Below, in pieces: positions 1 through 10,128 of a stretch of 64,000 bases of DNA (positions are counted from its first letter, which is position 1; every line of letters starts with the position of its first letter). The notes below the pieces were generated by a model. That model ran no database searches and had not been told where the DNA came from. It was given only the letters and a program-made list of their open reading frames with translations. The DNA comes from Pseudomonadota bacterium (GTDB lineage: Bacteria > Pseudomonadota > Alphaproteobacteria > Sphingomonadales > Sphingomonadaceae). The DNA lies in the NCBI GenBank assembly GCA_040388865.1, contig JAZKBB010000008.1, forward strand, positions 21,663-85,662, given 5' to 3'. A program made the position numbers and the translations under genes.

Positions 1-994
1 AATGGCGGGCGAGCAGGACCGAATCCCCCGACCGTTCGGCAAGCGACGGGATTTTCACGACGATCTCGGCGAGGCGATAATAGAGGTCCTCCCGGAAGGT
101 GCCGGCGGCGGTCATCGCGTCCAAGTCCTGGTGGGTGGCGCAGACGATGCGCGTGTCGACAGCGATTGGCTGACGGCCGCCGATCCGCTCGATCACCCGC
201 TCCTGCAGGAACCGTAGCAGCTTGACCTGGAGCGGCAGTGGGATGTCTCCGACCTCGTCAAGGAACAACGTCCCGCCTTCGGCGAGCTCGATCTTGCCGA
301 CGTTCGATTTCACCGCGCCGGTGAAGGCCCCGCGCTCGTAGCCGAACAGCTCGGCCTCGAGCAGGTTCTCGGGGATCGCGGCGCAATTGATGGCGATGAA
401 CGCGCCTTTCCTCCCGCTTTTCTCGTGGACGGCGCGGGCAAGCAGTTCCTTGCCCGTCCCGCTTGCGCCGAGCAGCATTACCGAAACGTCCGCGGAAGCG
501 ACGCGCTCGATCGTCTTGGCGACCTTGAGCATTTCCGGCGCGGCGGTGATGATCGCGCCGAGTACTGACGAAGCGGCGCCGGATTCCAGCCGCCGATGCT
601 CTTCCTCGATTTCGTGGAGGTGAAACGCGCGCTCGACGATGAAGCCGAGATCATCGATGTCGACCGGTTTCTTGTAAAAATCATAAGCGCCCATCGCGAC
701 CGCCTTGGTGGCGCTTTCGCGGGCCCCGTGGCCCGTGGCTACGATGACCTTGATGTCCGGCTTCAGGCGGAGGATCTCGGCGAGCGTCGCAAAGCCCTCA
801 TCAGTGCCGTCAGGATCGGGCGGGAGGCCCAGATCGAGAGTGACGACGGCGGGCTCGTGGGCGCGGAGCGCCTCGATCGCGCTTGCCCGGTCGCTGGCGC
901 AGATCACCTCATAGCCCTCGTAGGCCCATTTGAGCTGGCGCTGCAGTCCCTCGTCGTCTTCGACAATCAGCAGCACCTTGGCGTCCTCGGTCAT
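1..994 (-). CDS. prsR: PEP-CTERM-box sigma54-dependent response regulator PrsR (3' end runs off window)
   Basis: Manual translation from ATG at 994, which overlaps the prsK stop: [28 protein letters not shown] receiver domain, Walker A GASGTGKE and GAFTGA motif. Directly downstream of prsK. Confidence 0.9.
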   Translation of the reverse strand, partial: MTEDAKVLLIVEDDEGLQRQLKWAYEGYEVICASDRASAIEALRAHEPAVVTLDLGLPPDPDGTDEGFATLAEILRLKPDIKVIVATGHGARESATKAVAMGAYDFYKKPVDIDDLGFIVERAFHLHEIEEEHRRLESGAASSVLGAIITAAPEMLKVAKTIERVASADVSVMLLGASGTGKELLARAVHEKSGRKGAFIAINCAAIPENLLEAELFGYERGAFTGAVKSNVGKIELAEGGTLFLDEVGDIPLPLQVKLLRFLQERVIERIGGRQPIAVDTRIVCATHQDLDAMTAAGTFREDLYYRLAEIVVKIPSLAERSGDSVLLARH

Positions 995-3048
995 GCAATC
1001 TTCCGTTCCGGTTCGGCGGCGGTTCCCGCGGCCGGCAAGAGGATAGTGAAGGTGGTGCCGGCCCCAAGGCGACTGTCGACACTGATCCGGCCGCCCATAG
1101 CGGTAATTAGCGAGCGAGCTTCGAACGCGCCGATCCCGAAGCCGCCGGGCTTGGTCGAGGCGAACGGCTGGAACAGGCGGTTGCGGATGAAGTCGCCGTC
1201 CATTCCGACGCCCTTGTCAGCGATTGTGATGGCGACGAGGTCACCGTCGTCGGCGACGCTGACATCGACGGGCTCGCCGCTGCTCGCGTCGAGCGCATTC
1301 TGGAGCAGGTGGCAAAGCGCCTGTTCGAGCGCGTTCGAGTCGACCAGTGCCTCGGCGCCGGTATCGCCCAACAGATTGACCTCGCGGTCGCGGCGCTTGC
1401 CGGCGATGGCGGCGGTGAGGATCGGCAGCAGCGGCTGCGGTTCGATCCGCTGCACGCGCCCCGACGATTGAGGCGCCAGACGGGCAAGCAAGTCATTCAT
1501 CTTGCCGACGGAAGATTTGAGCGTCGCGACCATGTCGGCCCGGAACTCCGGATTGTCGGCGTGCCGCTCGGCATTGCGCGCGAGCAGCGACAATTGGCTG
1601 ACGAGATTCTTGATATCGTGGAGGATGAAGGCGAAGCGGCGGTTGAACTCCTCAAAGCGCTGCGCCTGTCCGAGCGCGTCCTGGCTGAGCGCCTCGGCAA
1701 GCGAGCTTGCTGCCTGGTGTCCAGCGGTGCGCAGCAGGTCGCGATCTTCCCAGTCGAGCCGCCGCCGGAATTCGGGCGCGGCGAGGACGACTATGCCGAC
1801 CAGCCGCTGATGGTGGAGCAGGGGAATTGCCGCCCAGGCACACTCGTGGTCGAGCAGGGCCTTGGGCACCTCGAGCGCCTTGGCTTCGGCGCTCGCCCAG
1901 CCGTCGCGCAGGCCGGCGAATTCGACGACGCCACCCCTTGCTTCAATCGCGGTCCAGAATTCGCCGGCGCCGTCGAAAGTATCCGCTCGAGGGCCGTTAC
2001 CGGGCCAATCGCTTGATGCCGCAACGGAGAGACCGCGTCCGCCGTCGTTGACCAAGAGCAGCCCGCCCGGCGCGTCGACGATATCCGCGAAGGCGCGGAC
2101 AATCCGCTCGCCAAGCGGTGGCGCTTCCATACCGGCCAGCCCCAGCGTCTCGGTGAACCTCAGCCATTCGGTCCGGTAGTCGTAGCGATGCTCGAACAAA
2201 TGCTTGGCGAGCTTGAACTTTACCCAGCCACGCGCGCGGGCGCTGGGGATCAGGACCATGGCTCCGACTGTCATCAGCGCGAGAAGCCCGATCATCAGCG
2301 CCGACGACCAATCGACGCCCGTTCCGCGAAGGGCGGTGGCGAGGATCGCCATCAGTGCGAAATAGGCACAGATCGCGAGCAGCGAGAGCGACTGGAAGGT
2401 CGCCGCGCGCGACAACCGAACGCGCCATGCGCCGTGCTTGCGCGTCGCCAGCGCGAACAGTGGCGCGGTGAGAGCCACTACCACGCCCCGCCATTCAAGC
2501 AGCCGGCCAGCGTGGGCGGAACCCAGATAGAGGCTGGTGTAGAGATTGAGATCGTAGACCCACATCAGGGCCAGGCCGAGCATGGCGAAGCGGATGTGAA
2601 TCCGGCTCGCGGGCGCCGCCTGGCCGTAAACATTGTGGACCAGGATGAGGGCGCCGGCGGCCGTCGTGAAGCGGAGCATCAGCCCCGTCTCGGCAACATT
2701 GGCGCTGAAGCTGAATAGCTGCAGTGTTGCGCCGATCAGCTGAAGTCCGATGACGGCGGCAATCGCGCCATAAACGAGCTTCAGCCCGTGCTCGCGCTCC
2801 TCGCTTGCTGACGAGAGGCCGTAGAGCAGGCTGATCCAGACGAGGTTGCGGGCGCTTTCGGCGAACCCGAACAGCGCATCGGTCGGAGCGACAGCGCCGA
2901 TCCAGGCCCAGCAAGCGGTGATTGCGAACGCAGCGGCGAGCAGCCGCTGTTCCGGCCGTCGGGCGGCATCACCCAGGCGCCAAATCATCAGCGCGGCGAA
3001 GCCAGCCGCCGCCAGCGCATGGCTCCAGAAGGTAATCAGCGCGTCCAT
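991..3048 (-). CDS. prsK: PEP-CTERM system histidine kinase PrsK
   Basis: Multi-TM N-terminus, KHLFEHRYDYRTEWLRFT, GAF region, H-box FAFILHDIKNLVSQLSLL and G-boxes. Start placed at MDALITF (3048), not 3339. Confidence 0.9.
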   Translation of the reverse strand: MDALITFWSHALAAAGFAALMIWRLGDAARRPEQRLLAAAFAITACWAWIGAVAPTDALFGFAESARNLVWISLLYGLSSASEEREHGLKLVYGAIAAVIGLQLIGATLQLFSFSANVAETGLMLRFTTAAGALILVHNVYGQAAPASRIHIRFAMLGLALMWVYDLNLYTSLYLGSAHAGRLLEWRGVVVALTAPLFALATRKHGAWRVRLSRAATFQSLSLLAICAYFALMAILATALRGTGVDWSSALMIGLLALMTVGAMVLIPSARARGWVKFKLAKHLFEHRYDYRTEWLRFTETLGLAGMEAPPLGERIVRAFADIVDAPGGLLLVNDGGRGLSVAASSDWPGNGPRADTFDGAGEFWTAIEARGGVVEFAGLRDGWASAEAKALEVPKALLDHECAWAAIPLLHHQRLVGIVVLAAPEFRRRLDWEDRDLLRTAGHQAASSLAEALSQDALGQAQRFEEFNRRFAFILHDIKNLVSQLSLLARNAERHADNPEFRADMVATLKSSVGKMNDLLARLAPQSSGRVQRIEPQPLLPILTAAIAGKRRDREVNLLGDTGAEALVDSNALEQALCHLLQNALDASSGEPVDVSVADDGDLVAITIADKGVGMDGDFIRNRLFQPFASTKPGGFGIGAFEARSLITAMGGRISVDSRLGAGTTFTILLPAAGTAAEPERKIA

Positions 3049-3139
3049 GACGCGGCTTCCCCCAGGCCCAGTGTCAAATTCGCCGACATGGGGAGGGGTG
3101 TCGCTAAACTTTACAAAGAAGTGATGAACGCGAGGCGGA

Positions 3140-3778
3140 TCAGCTCGATTGAAGCGGCACCAGCTCCATGACGTCCAGCTGAGATTCGAAATGCGGCTGC
3201 GGCATGACAAGCCGCCAGCGCCTGGGGCCGATCCGCTCAACATAGCCAGCCACATCGCGCTGCTCGTCCTGGCCATATTGGAGGACGCGGCTTTCGTCGA
3301 CGAAGGCGAGCGTACCGAGAAAGACGTTGCGGATACCATCGCCGGGGAAGATCAGCCCGACATAGCGTTGGGCGCCGCTTAGCTTGCCGAGCCGTTGCAA
3401 CGTCCGTTCCGGCCGGATGCGGCAGGTGAATCCGCCGTAAGAGACAAAGTCGAGGTTTCCCGGGCCTTTCGCGCCGAGCTTGATCACCCGGCAGAGGTAC
3501 GTGCCGTTCGGGATCGCCGGGCCGGCAATCGCCGCGTCGGGATCGAGCAGCGCGCCCTCGCGCGCAATCTCCGCGCCATGGCCTGCCTTGCGAGCCGCGG
3601 CGAGCGCATCGACGAAGGTCGAACGCCAGTCGCGCAGCCGGATGTGGTCATCATCGCTGATCACGTCACGATAGGCGGTGGTCCAGCGCGGGATGAGGCC
3701 CGACGGCTGCTCGATCGCGCTGCAGCCGACGATCATCATCGCAAATGTGGCGAGCAGGGCGAGGCGCATCGGGAGCAT
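3140..3778 (-). CDS. DUF4893-like lipoprotein
   Basis: Lipobox-like IVGC, CRVIKLG motif and C-terminal PHFESQLDVMELVP. Confidence 0.7.
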   Translation of the reverse strand: MLPMRLALLATFAMMIVGCSAIEQPSGLIPRWTTAYRDVISDDDHIRLRDWRSTFVDALAAARKAGHGAEIAREGALLDPDAAIAGPAIPNGTYLCRVIKLGAKGPGNLDFVSYGGFTCRIRPERTLQRLGKLSGAQRYVGLIFPGDGIRNVFLGTLAFVDESRVLQYGQDEQRDVAGYVERIGPRRWRLVMPQPHFESQLDVMELVPLQSS

Positions 3779-3781
3779 TTC

Positions 3782-4549
3782 TTAAGCGGCGGTCCAGCCC
3801 CCGTCCATGCTGAGGTTGGCGCCGGTGATGGACTGGGCCTCGTCGCGGCACAGGAACAGCGCGAGCGCGGCGACCTCGTCGACCGTCACGAAGCGCTTGG
3901 TAGGCTGGGCGGCGAGCAGCACGTCATTCATCACCTGCTCGCGGGTAAGGCCGCGGGTCTTCATTGTGTCCGGGATCTGCCGCTCGACGAGCTCGGTCCA
4001 GACATAGCCGGGCGAGATGCAGTTGGCGGTGATGCCATCGCGGGCAGTCTCCAATGCGACACTCTTGGTGAACCCGGCGATGCCGTGCTTGGCGGCGACG
4101 TAGGCGCTCTTGTTCGGCGAGGCGACGAGGCTGTGCGCGCTCGCCGTGTTGATGATCCGGCCCCACTGCTTTTGCTTCATGCCGGGTACCGCGAGGCGCG
4201 TCGTGTGGAACGCGGAGGAGAGGTTGATCGCAATGATCGCATCCCACTTCTCCGGTGGGAAATCCTCGACCGACGAAACGTGCTGGATGCCGGCATTATT
4301 GACGAGAATGTCGGGCCCGCCGAGCTCGCCGGCGCAGCGCTTCATCATGCGCTCGATCTCCTCCGGCTTCGACATGTCGGCGCCGTCGTGAAGCGCGCCG
4401 AGCTCGTCGCATTCGCGCGCGATTTCGGCGGCGTCGCCGAAGCCGTTGATCATCAACTTCGCGCCTTCAGCCGCGAGCGCCTTGGCGATCGCGAGCCCGA
4501 TGCCCGAGGTCGATCCAGTCACCAGCGCGACCTTGCCTTGCAGGACCAT
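3782..4549 (-). CDS. bdhA: 3-hydroxybutyrate dehydrogenase (SDR)
   Basis: TGSTSGIG, NNAGIQH, SAHSLVASPNKSAYVAAKHG (YxxxK). Confidence 0.9.
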   Translation of the reverse strand: MVLQGKVALVTGSTSGIGLAIAKALAAEGAKLMINGFGDAAEIARECDELGALHDGADMSKPEEIERMMKRCAGELGGPDILVNNAGIQHVSSVEDFPPEKWDAIIAINLSSAFHTTRLAVPGMKQKQWGRIINTASAHSLVASPNKSAYVAAKHGIAGFTKSVALETARDGITANCISPGYVWTELVERQIPDTMKTRGLTREQVMNDVLLAAQPTKRFVTVDEVAALALFLCRDEAQSITGANLSMDGGWTAA

Positions 4550-4557
4550 CTTTCACT

Positions 4558-4627
4558 CCGTCATTGCGAGCGCAGCGAAGCAATCCAGCTGGATTGCCGC
4601 GTCGCCTGCGGCTCATCGCAATGACGG
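4558..4627. repeat. REP/RPE-like intergenic palindromic element
   Basis: Outer inverted repeat CCGTCATTGCGA...TCGCAATGACGG with an inner perfect 18-bp palindrome GCAATCCAGCTGGATTGC (4580-4597). Resembles the GTCATTGCGAG...GCAATCC repeats common in alphaproteobacteria. Confidence 0.75.
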
Positions 4628-4692
4628 CTCCGACGCCATTTGCAACCGCAGGCTGCCCGGCGCATTGGGCCGGAGCGACAGGAGGCACCATC

Positions 4693-5583
4693 ATGCGGTT
4701 CGGCGACGAGCGCGAAAGCAGCAACTTCGAAGACGTCACCGGCCGTAGCGGAGGCGGATTTGGCGGCGGATTTGGCGGGGGCGGTCTGGGTTGTCTGTTG
4801 CCGCTGGTGGCGAGCCGCTTCGGCCTCGGTGGCGTTGTCGTCCTGGTAATCGGCTACTTCCTGTTGAATTCGCTCGGCGGGCTCGGCGGCGGCGGACAGC
4901 TAAGCCAGAGTCCAGGTACACAGCAGAGTGCATCCGCCGGTCAAAGCACACTCGACCCAAAGACGCGGCATGTGATGCTGCAAACGCTCGCTTCAACGGA
5001 GGATGTATGGAGCAAGCTCATCGGGGCCGGTCGCTACACGCCCACGACTCTGGTCGCCTATTCGCGGAGTTATCAGTCAGGTTGCGGCGCGGCGCAGTCG
5101 GCGATGGGGCCATTCTACTGCCCGACCGACAAGAAAATTTACCTCGACACCGAATTCTTCAACGAGCTCGCAACGCGCTTCAACGCACCGGGCGATTTCC
5201 CGCAGGCTTATGTGCTGGCGCATGAGGTCGGACACCATGTGCAGGATGTGCTTGGGACGCTTGGGCAGGCCGAACAGCTCCAGGCACGAGCCAGCGAAAC
5301 GCAAGGCAATGCGATCCAGGTAAAGATCGAACTCCAGGCGGATTGCTACGCCGGCGTGTGGGCGGCGAACGCCAAGACGCCCGAAGGTCAGCCAGTCATG
5401 GAAGCCGGCGACATCGAGGAGGGCATGCGCGCGGCGGAAGCGATCGGCGACGACACGCTGCAGCAGCAGACCCAGGGCACCGTCGTGCCCGATAGCTACA
5501 CCCACGGCACATCGGCGCAAAGGGTGAACGCGCTCCGCACTGGTTACCAGGGCGCGACGATCGAGGCCTGCCAGTCGCTCTAG
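4693..5583 (+). CDS. YpfJ-like neutral zinc metallopeptidase
   Basis: Gly-rich N-terminus plus TM, MGPFYCP, HEVGH zinc motif, ELQADCYAG, PDSYTHGTSAQR. Confidence 0.88.
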   Translation: MRFGDERESSNFEDVTGRSGGGFGGGFGGGGLGCLLPLVASRFGLGGVVVLVIGYFLLNSLGGLGGGGQLSQSPGTQQSASAGQSTLDPKTRHVMLQTLASTEDVWSKLIGAGRYTPTTLVAYSRSYQSGCGAAQSAMGPFYCPTDKKIYLDTEFFNELATRFNAPGDFPQAYVLAHEVGHHVQDVLGTLGQAEQLQARASETQGNAIQVKIELQADCYAGVWAANAKTPEGQPVMEAGDIEEGMRAAEAIGDDTLQQQTQGTVVPDSYTHGTSAQRVNALRTGYQGATIEACQSL

Positions 5584-6566
5584 AGGCGGACGAGCATCTT
5601 TCCGGTGTTGGCGCCGCTGAACAGGCCGAGGAATGCGTCGGGCGTGTTCTCCAAGCCGTCGACCACCGTCTCGCGCGATTTGACCGTGCCGTTGGCGAGC
5701 CACGGCGCCATTTCGGCGTAGAATTCCGCCATCCGCGGGAAATAGTCGAACACGATGAAGCCCTTGAGTGCGATCCGCGCGGCGATGATCCGCTGGATGA
5801 AGCGGAAGGCCATTGGCTCGCGCTGGTTGTAGCCCTCGATCATTCCGCAAATGGCGAAACGCGCGTTATTTCTGGCGATTGCGAATGCGGCGTCGAGATG
5901 ATCGCCGCCGACATTGTCGAAATAAACGTCGATGCCGTCGGGCGCCGCCTCGGCGAGGCCTTTGAGCACCGGCCCGGCCTTATAGTCGACGACGTGATCC
6001 GCGCCGAGCGAGCGGACGAACTCGCATTTCTCAGCGCCGCCGGCCGAGCCGATCACGGTCATTCCCTTGGCCTTGGCGACCTGTACCACCACCGATCCGA
6101 CGGCGCCGGCCGCGGCGGAGACGAACACCACGTCACCTTGCTTTGCGCTGGCCGCATCGAGAAGCCCGAAATAGGCAGTCATTCCGGTAACCCCGAGGAC
6201 GCCGAGGAATTGCTCGGGGCGAGCGCCGAGGTTGGGTAGCTTTTGCGCGGTGCGGGCGTCGATCACCGCTTCGTCGCGCCAGCCGGCCATGTGTTGGACG
6301 AGGTCGCCCGGCGAGAACCCGTCGGCTCCGCTCTCCACCACCTCACCGATCGCGCCGCCCTCGAGCGGTGCATCGACCTGGAACGCCGGTACGTAGCTTT
6401 TGACGTCGTTCATCCGGCCGCGCATGTAGGGATCGACGGAGAGCCACAGGTTGCGGACTCGGACCCGCCCGTCGCCAAGCTCCGGAAGACCGATCTCCTT
6501 CAGCTCGAAATTATCGGCCGTCGGCATGCCGCTTGGGCGGCTCTTGAGATGCCAGGCGCGGGCCAT
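5580..6566 (-). CDS. NADP-dependent oxidoreductase (CurA/prostaglandin-reductase-like MDR)
   Basis: LSVDPYMRGRM, SAAAGAVGS, DVYFDNVGG, GANTGKMLV. Confidence 0.9.
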   Translation of the reverse strand: MARAWHLKSRPSGMPTADNFELKEIGLPELGDGRVRVRNLWLSVDPYMRGRMNDVKSYVPAFQVDAPLEGGAIGEVVESGADGFSPGDLVQHMAGWRDEAVIDARTAQKLPNLGARPEQFLGVLGVTGMTAYFGLLDAASAKQGDVVFVSAAAGAVGSVVVQVAKAKGMTVIGSAGGAEKCEFVRSLGADHVVDYKAGPVLKGLAEAAPDGIDVYFDNVGGDHLDAAFAIARNNARFAICGMIEGYNQREPMAFRFIQRIIAARIALKGFIVFDYFPRMAEFYAEMAPWLANGTVKSRETVVDGLENTPDAFLGLFSGANTGKMLVRL

Positions 6567-6694
6567 GTTCGTTCCTCCTGTTTAACGAGCCGCATATGCG
6601 CAATGGACCACACACGAAAGACCCGGCGATGAAGGGGATGACACCGCCGGGTCTCGGTTAGCCTCCGCTGGCCGGAGGCTTGGCGCCTAACGCT

Positions 6695-7726
6695 TTAGCG
6701 GTAGGTGCCCTCGAAGCTGCGATCGAGCACGCGCGGACCCATTTCGCCCTGGTCGTCGCGCTCGAACAGCGCGCGGCTGCGCTCTTCGTTTCTCCAGCGC
6801 TTGCGCGCCTCGTCGGCAGAGCAATCGAGGATCACCCGATCGCCTTCGATGCGGTCGATGTCGGAGCAACTTAACGAATGGTGAGCGCCGCCACTTTCTG
6901 GGTCCGACTTGGTGAGGATAAGCCGATCGCCCCTGACGCAGTCGACCGTTCCGACATGCTCGTCATCCTTGCCGACCACTTCCATATGCTCGCGGATCTG
7001 GCCGAGCAGGCCGCGCTTTTGCTGGCGGCGTTCGCGCCAGCTGCCGAAATCACTCTCGAACTGCGACTGACGCTCGCGGCGATAATCGTCATAGTCGCGG
7101 TCGAGCTCGCTGAGCTGGCGATCGCGCCAGGAGCGGTAGTGCGGGTCTTCGTGGCGCGACCGGTCGGACTGGTCTCTGGTTCCGGCGCGGCTCGTGGTGC
7201 GGTACGGATCGCGGTCCCATTCGCTGTTGGACCGGGCATAATCTCCGATGATCGGGCGATAGTCGCGACCGCGGTCGCGCTCCCGGTTTGGCTCGCGGTC
7301 TCCACCGCTCGACGGCTCGTGCCGCCAGCCGCGGTTATAGTCGCTTTCGTTAGAACCGCCGCGCGCGAAGGCGCCGCGATTATCGTTCCAGTCGCGATAC
7401 CGGCCCGGGCCGGCGCTGCGGTCACGATCCCATTCGGGCTGCCGAGGACGGTCCCATCCCGACTGCCGCTCGCGATCCCAGCCGCGGCCGCTGGCACCCT
7501 CGTCGCGCATGCGATCCTCCCGCCGCCGCCGCTCGGCCTCGTCATCACCGAACCACGAGGCGACTTCATCGCTGGCGCGGTCAAAGAAGCCGCGGTCGTC
7601 GGGGCTGTCGCGTCCGCCGCGCCAGTCGCTGCTTGGCGATCGCGAACGGTCGAAATTCCGGTCGTCAGACCATCGGGATTGCTCATCGCGCGAGCGGTCG
7701 CGCGGATCATTTCGGTCATACGCCAT
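6695..7726 (-). CDS. SWFGD-domain / DUF2171 protein
   Basis: RASDEVASWFGDDEAERRR motif, R/D-rich low-complexity region, C-terminal IREHMEVVGKDDEHVGTVD. GGGAGA SD upstream of ATG 7726. Confidence 0.85.
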   Translation of the reverse strand: MAYDRNDPRDRSRDEQSRWSDDRNFDRSRSPSSDWRGGRDSPDDRGFFDRASDEVASWFGDDEAERRRREDRMRDEGASGRGWDRERQSGWDRPRQPEWDRDRSAGPGRYRDWNDNRGAFARGGSNESDYNRGWRHEPSSGGDREPNRERDRGRDYRPIIGDYARSNSEWDRDPYRTTSRAGTRDQSDRSRHEDPHYRSWRDRQLSELDRDYDDYRRERQSQFESDFGSWRERRQQKRGLLGQIREHMEVVGKDDEHVGTVDCVRGDRLILTKSDPESGGAHHSLSCSDIDRIEGDRVILDCSADEARKRWRNEERSRALFERDDQGEMGPRVLDRSFEGTYR

Positions 7727-7951
7727 GCTTGTTCTCCCTCGCAGGTTCGGGCTCAGCTGCGGCCGGGCCCGTCTCACGAAATCAAACGAACAGGCTTCAG
7801 CGGCCGTTCCGGTCGTAACGGCGCGGGAATAGCCTGAATCGGCGGGGCGACGCTGCCGTGGGACAGGCGATTGCAAGGGTCTGGAATCGCCGCTAGTGGA
7901 GCCGCTCCCCGGCGCCCGAACCCATTGGGCGCACCAGCCGGCTGGAGGCGC

Positions 7952-8027
7952 GGGGCTGTAGCTCAGATGGGAGAGCGCTGCAATCGCACTGCAGAGGTCA
8001 GGGGTTCGATTCCCCTCAGCTCCACCA
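7952..8027 (+). tRNA. tRNA-Ala (anticodon CGC)
   Basis: 76-nt cloverleaf GGGGCTG...CAGCTCCACCA, G3:U70 alanine identity pair, anticodon stem CTGCA/TGCAG with loop ATCGCAC, T-loop GTTCGAT. Confidence 0.98.
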
Positions 8028-8031
8028 GCCT

Positions 8032-8086
8032 TTTCAAGGACTTAGCTGGTTGGTCGCGCCGGTGGTACGGAAAACGTACGGAAAAC
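8032..8086 (+). promoter_or_regulatory. att-flank elements: IHF-like site and tandem arm-type repeat
   Basis: TTTCAAGGACTTA (8032-8044) is one mismatch from WATCAANNNNTTR. GTACGGAAAAC occurs twice in tandem (8065-8086). Confidence 0.55.
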
Positions 8087-8459
8087 GATGTGCTACGTGT
8101 GCCTCCTATAATTCCATAGAATTGGGAGCACAGCTCGCAGTCCTCACGCTAGTCGGACGTCGATGAGTAGGACGATGGCTTGCGAATACCGCGGGCAGCA
8201 GTAAGATTCCCGGGCGCCGGATTGATGGCGCCGGGGCGTGAGAACCTCGACTTGGAAGGTCACCGGGCGCATCAGCAAGATGGGCCGGGTGGCCGCCGCG
8301 CATGTCCAGGTCGCTTGCGGCTAAAGGCGGCGGCGCATGTTTCCAAGCATGTTCTCAACATCCGGCTCACCGACGCAGTTTCGCGAGGAGATCGTGAATG
8401 CGTTCGGGGCATTGCAAGCCACTTTGGAGCCGATGGCCGAGCGGCTTTGAGCCCTCGCG

Positions 8460-9056
8460 TTGGGTTCGATCAGGCAGGCTCGGATGAGCCTTTCGCCGTC
8501 CAATCCCGCGGCTCCGCTCTCGCCGTCCATAGTCGACGGCGCGCCCGAGTTCGAGGGTGACGACCGGGTTCGCGTCCATCAACTCTATCTCGAACATTCG
8601 CCGTCCCTGGTACGGCAGCTCGCGCGAAAGACAGGATGCCGAGAGCTTGCGCGTGACCTCGCCAATGAGACGTTCGTGAGACTCCTGCGCATGACTGCGG
8701 GCAACATTGGGCGGATCGAACAGCCGGAAGCCTTCCTGCGGCGTGTCGCGACGAACCTCCTGCGCGACTGGGCCAGGGCCACTGCATTGAAACAGCGGTC
8801 ACAGCTTACCCTCGAGATCGCATCCGATCAGCAGCTCGACCAGGTGGCGGTGCTGGAGACGCGTGACACGCTGCGGCGGCTCGAGCAGGCCGTCAGCAAG
8901 CTCAAGCCGAAGACGCGCGAGATCTTCCTTGCCCATCGCCTCCATGGGTTCACTTATGCGGAGATCGCCGAGCGCACGGGTCTCAGCGTCAAGGGCGTCG
9001 AGAAGCAGATGAGCAAGGCCATTGCCAAGATCGACCGCTTGCTGGATCGAGACTGA
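8460..9056 (+). CDS. ECF sigma factor (FecI-like)
   Basis: Region 2 ARDLANETFVRL...LRRVATNLLRD and region 4 REIFLAHRLHGFTYAEIAERTGLSVKGVEKQM. Adjacent to FecR; start uncertain. Confidence 0.88.
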   Translation: MGSIRQARMSLSPSNPAAPLSPSIVDGAPEFEGDDRVRVHQLYLEHSPSLVRQLARKTGCRELARDLANETFVRLLRMTAGNIGRIEQPEAFLRRVATNLLRDWARATALKQRSQLTLEIASDQQLDQVAVLETRDTLRRLEQAVSKLKPKTREIFLAHRLHGFTYAEIAERTGLSVKGVEKQMSKAIAKIDRLLDRD

Positions 9057-10067
9057 GTGGTGGGTTTCCGTTTCCCGAAAACAAAGGGGATGCTGCGTCG
9101 CGAGGCGGCGAGCTGGCTTGCGCGCCTGCAGAGCGGCCACGATCCGAATGTCGAGTCCAAGTTCCAGCAGTGGCGCAATGCGGACCCGAGGCACGCCGCA
9201 GCCTTCGATCGCGTGCGGCGCTCATACGAGCAGGCGGGCTTGCTTCGGCATTCTTCCATCATTTCTGCTGAACAGCAGGAACCATCGGTGCCAAAGTCCG
9301 GATGGCGCCCGCTGCCTGCCATCGCCGCGGCCGCTGCGATCGTCATTCTCGTGCCGCTCGGCCTGGCGGTGTTTCGCGACGGCGGCTCGCTGCTGGGCGG
9401 CACTGAGACCTTGATGCTGATGACGCAGGTCGGCCAAATCAGGCAAGTCGAACTCGCGGACGGTTCAAAGGTGACGCTCGACACTGCAACGAAAGTCGAA
9501 GTGCAGATTGGGCGCTCCCGTCGCACGGCGCATTTAAGATACGGACGCGCGCGATTCCGGATTGCACCGGCCATGACGCCGTTCGTGGTCGAGACAGAAG
9601 GCACGACCATCACTGCCGGCAGTGGTGTAATCGATGTCGAACAAGTCGGAGCCGAAGGTCATGTCCAGGTTTTGGCGGGCGCTGCCGACGTGCGCGGATC
9701 GGCGCGGAGTCAGGCCGAACGGGTCACACTTGGCGCCGGCGAGGCTGCAAAGGTCGATTCCGCTGGTGCGGCGAAGACCAATGCCGTGGCGGGGACTCCG
9801 GACTGGACCAAAGGCATGCTGCAGTTCGATGGGACACCGCTTGCCGAGGCGGTCGCACTCGCCAATCGCTATTCGCAGCGGCACATCATTCTCGTCGGCG
9901 ACCTCAAGGCTGTTCGGGTCACTGGCGCGTTTCGTGCTGGCGACACGCGCGGGCTGGCCAAGGCCCTCGCGGCAGCGTTCAGCCTTTCGCTTCAGCAACG
10001 CGCCGACGGCAGTCTGATTCTGTCGCGAAGCGCCTCTTCCCCCCTTTCGAACAAAACAGGGGGGTAA
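9057..10067 (+). CDS. FecR-family anti-sigma/transmembrane sensor
   Basis: EAASWLARL...WRNADPRHAAAF, single TM, TQVGQIRQVELADGSKVTLDTAT, W..GMLQFDGTPL. Confidence 0.9.
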   Translation: MVGFRFPKTKGMLRREAASWLARLQSGHDPNVESKFQQWRNADPRHAAAFDRVRRSYEQAGLLRHSSIISAEQQEPSVPKSGWRPLPAIAAAAAIVILVPLGLAVFRDGGSLLGGTETLMLMTQVGQIRQVELADGSKVTLDTATKVEVQIGRSRRTAHLRYGRARFRIAPAMTPFVVETEGTTITAGSGVIDVEQVGAEGHVQVLAGAADVRGSARSQAERVTLGAGEAAKVDSAGAAKTNAVAGTPDWTKGMLQFDGTPLAEAVALANRYSQRHIILVGDLKAVRVTGAFRAGDTRGLAKALAAAFSLSLQQRADGSLILSRSASSPLSNKTGG

Positions 10068-10128
10068 AGAGCCAAGTCCACCGTCTCTCCAATGCCCGGT
10101 CGAAACCGGTCGGAGGGGGAGAACGGAC

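Noticed and set aside
8100-8460. Integrase remnant next to tRNA
   Set aside because: No tyrosine or serine recombinase motifs found in the listed frames.
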